From assembly GCA_038331135.1 (NCBI GenBank), contig JBBQOS010000002.1, positions 1-44,097 on the forward strand: a stretch of 44,097 bases of DNA, written 5' to 3'. Under the pieces are notes generated by a model that ran no database searches, had not been told where the DNA came from, and saw nothing but the letters and a program-made list of their open reading frames with translations. Positions 41,079-44,097 of the stretch are shown here, piece after piece; the first letter of the stretch is position 1, and each line of letters begins with the position of its first letter. The translations under genes and the position numbers were made by a program. Origin of the DNA: Candidatus Moraniibacteriota bacterium (GTDB taxonomy: Bacteria > Patescibacteriota > Minisyncoccia > Moranbacterales > UBA9337).

Positions 41079-41151
41079 TTGCTAGTCAAACAAAAAAAGC
41101 CAACCAGAAAAGATCGACTATTCAAAGCTTCAAATCCTAAAAACCAGCATG

Positions 41152-41490
41152 CTATTCGTTTTCTATCTGTCTTAAAATTTTCTCTATCTCATCAGCCTCT
41201 ACTTCGGTTTTATCCAGCTTAAAGACTATTTTAGGGAGCATTTTCATGTGTAATTTTTTATTTAGAATTCTTTGAATGTTGCTCTTTTCGTTTTTTAATG
41301 CCGTCATTACATAAGTATCTTCTTTTTCTGGAAAAACACTTACGAATACGTTAGTGTAGCGCAAATCACTAGTGGTGTCAACTTTAAACACTGTCAAAAA
41401 AACTCCTGATTTTAAATCAAGTTCTCGATTGAGAATCTCCCCCAACTGCTCCCGTATCAGCGAATTAACTTTTTGCATTCTAAAAGACAT
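41152..41490 (-). CDS. rbfA: Ribosome-binding factor A
   Basis: MSFRMQKVNSLIREQLGEIL..LTVFKVDTTSDLRYTNVFVSV. Follows infB. The track ORF has 9 extra codons. Confidence 0.85.
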   Translation of the reverse strand: MSFRMQKVNSLIREQLGEILNRELDLKSGVFLTVFKVDTTSDLRYTNVFVSVFPEKEDTYVMTALKNEKSNIQRILNKKLHMKMLPKIVFKLDKTEVEADEIEKILRQIENE

Positions 41491-41608
41491 AATATTATTC
41501 CAAATAACAAATTCCAAGATGCAAGAAACAAACGAATTAAAATATTTATATTTTAATTTTTAATTTGAAATTTGTTTGGAAATTGTTTCTTACCACTTGT
41601 TTCTTGCC

Positions 41609-43399
41609 TTATAATTTTCTTCTTACCTCTTCTTCTTTATATGAATATAAAACATCGCCCACCATTATTTTAGTTCCTCCAGCAAAAGTAACCCCGCATT
41701 CATTTCCAGATTTTACTTCATCAGTAGCTTTTTTATTTTGTTCCAAATTTTCCAAAACGCCCGTACCAATTATTTCTTTTTCTCTTTTTACCTCCAACAA
41801 AGATTTTTTAACAATTTTTCCTTCGATAATTTTGCCTCCCACAATCATATCCGTTTTTCCATGTTTAAAAATAGCCAACACCTTTAATCTTCCGAAATCT
41901 GTTCGGACAATTTCTGGTGGTAGCAAATCAGCCATATCATTTTTTACCACTTCCACCAATTCATAAATAACATTAAAAGATTTAATTGTCACTTTGGCCT
42001 TTTCGGCCATTCTTTTGGCTACAGTCGTAGCTGTAATACTAAATCCAAAGATAATCGCCCCGGTACTTTCAGCCAATTTCACGTCGGACTCAGTAATGTT
42101 TCCCACACCCGTATTTACATATTCTAAAATTACTTCTTCTGATGTTACGCCCGAGAGAAGCTGATCAATTGCTTCCAAAGATCCTGGCACATCAGCTTTA
42201 ATAATTACATTCAATCTTTTTAATTGATCATTATCTAAGTTTTGATATAAGTCTTTCTTGCCCCTAATCACATTTCTTCCAATAGTTGAACCGAACCCTC
42301 CCTTGGATCTCATTTTCAAAACTGTTTCTTTTTCTGCTACCTGAATAATATCATTAACTTCCGGCGTACCATTAATACCCATAATAACCACTGGCTCAGA
42401 TGGTCCAGCTATATCAATTTGTTTACCGGTAAAATCTTCCATTCTTTTAATACGGCCAAAAGTTTTTCCAATTACAATATCCTGCCCTACTTTTAAAATT
42501 CCAGTTTTAATCAAAACTGTTGAAATTGGTCCAGCCTTTGGGTCAAGATGCGATTCCAAAATAACTCCTAGCCCATTATTTTTTCGGCTAGCTTTAAGTT
42601 CTAAAACTTCGCTAACCAATAAAATATTATCCAACAACTCTTTGATTCCAATATTATTTTTGGCGCTGATTTCATTGGCAATCACTTGTCCGCCCCATTC
42701 TTCAATTACGATTTCCAATTCAGCCAACTCTTGCTTTACTCTCTGCGGATTAGCCTCAGGTTTATCAATTTTATTAATCGCCACAATAGTCGGGATTTTC
42801 TTTTCTTTCAAATAATTAATAACTTCCTTGGTTTGCGGTCGGACACCATCATCAGCGGCCACCACCAAAATAGCCACATCGGCTATACTTACTCCCCTTT
42901 CGCGCATTGCGCTAAAAGCCTCATGTCCAGGAGTATCCACAAAAGTAATAACTTGTCCCTTTTTCTTTACTTGATAAGCACTAATATGTTGAGTAATGCC
43001 TCCCGCTTCGCCGGCTGCTACATTGCCCTTGCGTATAGTATCCAAAAGAGTAGTTTTACCATGATCCACATGTCCCAAAATCGTCACAATCGGAGCTCGC
43101 GGTGGAAATTTTTCATCCGAGTCCTGTTCCTTTTTACAAATATCAATTAATTTTTCTAAAGTTATCGCCTCTCCCTCCGTAACATCCAAATCTTCTTCTG
43201 TTTTAAAACCCAGATCTTGGGCAATAATGCTAGCTGTATCAAAATCAATTTCCTCATTAATAGTCGCCATTATTCCATTTTTCATCAATTCAGTAATTAC
43301 AGCCGAAACAGACAAATTCAAAATCTCAGCAAATTTTTTTACAGTTACTGGATTGGGAATTTTTACCACCTTTAGTTCTGCTGTTTTTTCTTCTACCAT
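41609..43399 (-). CDS. infB: Translation initiation factor IF-2 (short form)
   Basis: G-domain GHVDHGKTTLLD, DTPGHEAF, NKIDK. Start taken at MVEEKTAELKV (43399); the track ORF has 17 extra codons. Confidence 0.92.
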   Translation of the reverse strand: MVEEKTAELKVVKIPNPVTVKKFAEILNLSVSAVITELMKNGIMATINEEIDFDTASIIAQDLGFKTEEDLDVTEGEAITLEKLIDICKKEQDSDEKFPPRAPIVTILGHVDHGKTTLLDTIRKGNVAAGEAGGITQHISAYQVKKKGQVITFVDTPGHEAFSAMRERGVSIADVAILVVAADDGVRPQTKEVINYLKEKKIPTIVAINKIDKPEANPQRVKQELAELEIVIEEWGGQVIANEISAKNNIGIKELLDNILLVSEVLELKASRKNNGLGVILESHLDPKAGPISTVLIKTGILKVGQDIVIGKTFGRIKRMEDFTGKQIDIAGPSEPVVIMGINGTPEVNDIIQVAEKETVLKMRSKGGFGSTIGRNVIRGKKDLYQNLDNDQLKRLNVIIKADVPGSLEAIDQLLSGVTSEEVILEYVNTGVGNITESDVKLAESTGAIIFGFSITATTVAKRMAEKAKVTIKSFNVIYELVEVVKNDMADLLPPEIVRTDFGRLKVLAIFKHGKTDMIVGGKIIEGKIVKKSLLEVKREKEIIGTGVLENLEQNKKATDEVKSGNECGVTFAGGTKIMVGDVLYSYKEEEVRRKL

Positions 43400-43705
43400 A
43401 ATAAAAAAATAATATAAATCCCGTCGTTCGCGAGTGACTGGATAAACCAAAACAACCCTTTCGCAGGTTTGCTTTTACGTAAGTTAATTAATTTGTCTTA
43501 TTTATAGGCTAACATTTAATTAAAGATTATGCAACAGATATATTGACTGTATTCAGTCTATACAAATTAACGGATTAAGGAGTTAAGATAAATGCATCTA
43601 TAAAATCAAGGATTTAGTACTAATAAATGATTATTGGGTTATTTTTTATAATTTGTTAACTCGTTGGTGTGTTACTAAATAATAAAAAATTCTGTGCAAA
43701 AATAG

Positions 43706-43734
43706 TTGACAAAAAGGTAAAAATATGCTAGTAT
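43706..43734 (+). promoter_or_regulatory. Sigma70-type promoter TTGACA-17-TAGTAT
   Basis: TTGACA 43706-43711, 17-nt spacer, TAGTAT 43729-43734. Confidence 0.6.
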
Positions 43735-43839
43735 TAAATGTTATCAGATATATTGCCCTTTTCGTGTCTAAACCGCATTTTTATGCAAATCAACACGATT
43801 AGCTAAGCATTATCTAATAACCCAGTAGGCACTTAATTG

Positions 43840-43860
43840 GAGCCTTCTCGGAGGCTCTTT
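43840..43860 (+). terminator. Leader hairpin (possible attenuator or end of a short RNA)
   Basis: gagcct-tctcgg-aggctc followed by only ttt; 28 nt upstream of the ATG at 43889. Confidence 0.3.
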
Positions 43861-43888
43861 GACAATTTAAAATGAAAGGGGAATAATC

Positions 43889-44097
43889 ATGACAGATAAG
43901 AAAAAAGAAGTCAATGATCATGAAACACCAGTAAAAAAAGCGGAAAAGTTTTCCGAGACACTCCAATACTTGGGGATCATCGGGGCGATTGTGATGGGTC
44001 TACGGCAACCACCAAAAGCAGGTGAATCCGTAGTTGGGGACAAACAAGTTCCAAGTTGGATTCTATCGGCTTTCCCAAGTTTGACGGATGAAGATGA
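43889..44097 (+). CDS. Hypothetical protein, N-terminal fragment (continues beyond the right edge)
   Basis: ATG preceded by gaaaGGGGAataatc. Open for 69 codons to the window end: MTDKKKEVNDHETPVKKAEKFSETLQYLGIIGAIVMGLRQPPKAGESVVGDKQVPSWILSAFPSLTDED. GC visibly above background. Not in the track because it is open-ended. Confidence 0.5.
   Translation, partial: MTDKKKEVNDHETPVKKAEKFSETLQYLGIIGAIVMGLRQPPKAGESVVGDKQVPSWILSAFPSLTDED

Noticed and set aside
43577-43603. Perfect SD (AAGGAG), 9 nt, then a 3-codon mini-ORF ATG CAT CTA TAA on the plus strand, considered as a leader peptide.
   Set aside because: It lies upstream of the 43706 promoter with no identifiable promoter of its own. It is too short and isolated to support, and may be chance in AT-rich DNA.

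Overview
Visibly AT-rich bacterial chromosomal segment with about 45 genes, almost all housekeeping, and all but five on the minus strand. Minus strand, right to left: infB-rbfA-nrnA; nfo; a membrane-anchored PaaX-like regulator; a YfcE-type phosphoesterase; family-4 UDG; secE-nusG-rplK-rplA; rnhA; a MacA/MacB-type ABC efflux cluster (adaptor, ATPase, two permeases) interrupted by a dead four-helix-bundle gene; membrane protein-argS; aminotransferase; a degenerate Mur-ligase paralog; hrcA-grpE-dnaK behind a perfect CIRCE; a DUF3467 protein; a 56-aa lysine-rich histone-like gene missing from the ORF track; mreB-mreC-mreD-mrdA; polyprenyl synthase-ispG; M50 protease; GT2 transferase; mraZ-rsmH-ftsL-ftsI-murF; tRNA-Arg(GCG); tRNA-Ser(UGA); and a partial ISNCY-like IS at the left edge. 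The short IF2, SD-poor starts, four-helix-bundle relics and DUF3467 fit a reduced Patescibacteria/CPR-like genome (inference). I see no rRNA, CRISPR array or recognisable defence island. The unusual signals are mostly non-coding. (1) Many intergenic spacers are tandem 7-9 bp arrays. The best case is 13 octamers in exact register from the argS stop codon to the next start codon. Their unit junctions spell extended -10-like TGnTAAnnT, and two arrays end in TGCTAAAAT-N6-ATG, a leaderless-mRNA geometry. (2) GrpE carries an N-terminal Nudix domain and a Cys-rich insertion. (3) The PaaX-like regulator is bracketed by two long palindromes with a shared core and followed by six 11-13 bp iterons. (4) The four-helix-bundle gene is killed only by in-frame TGA (at a conserved Trp) and TAA (at a conserved Gln), and is bracketed by inverted repeats inside the ABC operon. 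(5) Two promoter-to-terminator units lack an ORF and are candidate sRNAs: one upstream of mraZ, one on the plus strand between grpE and dnaK. All functional readings of the repeats and RNAs are inference from sequence only.
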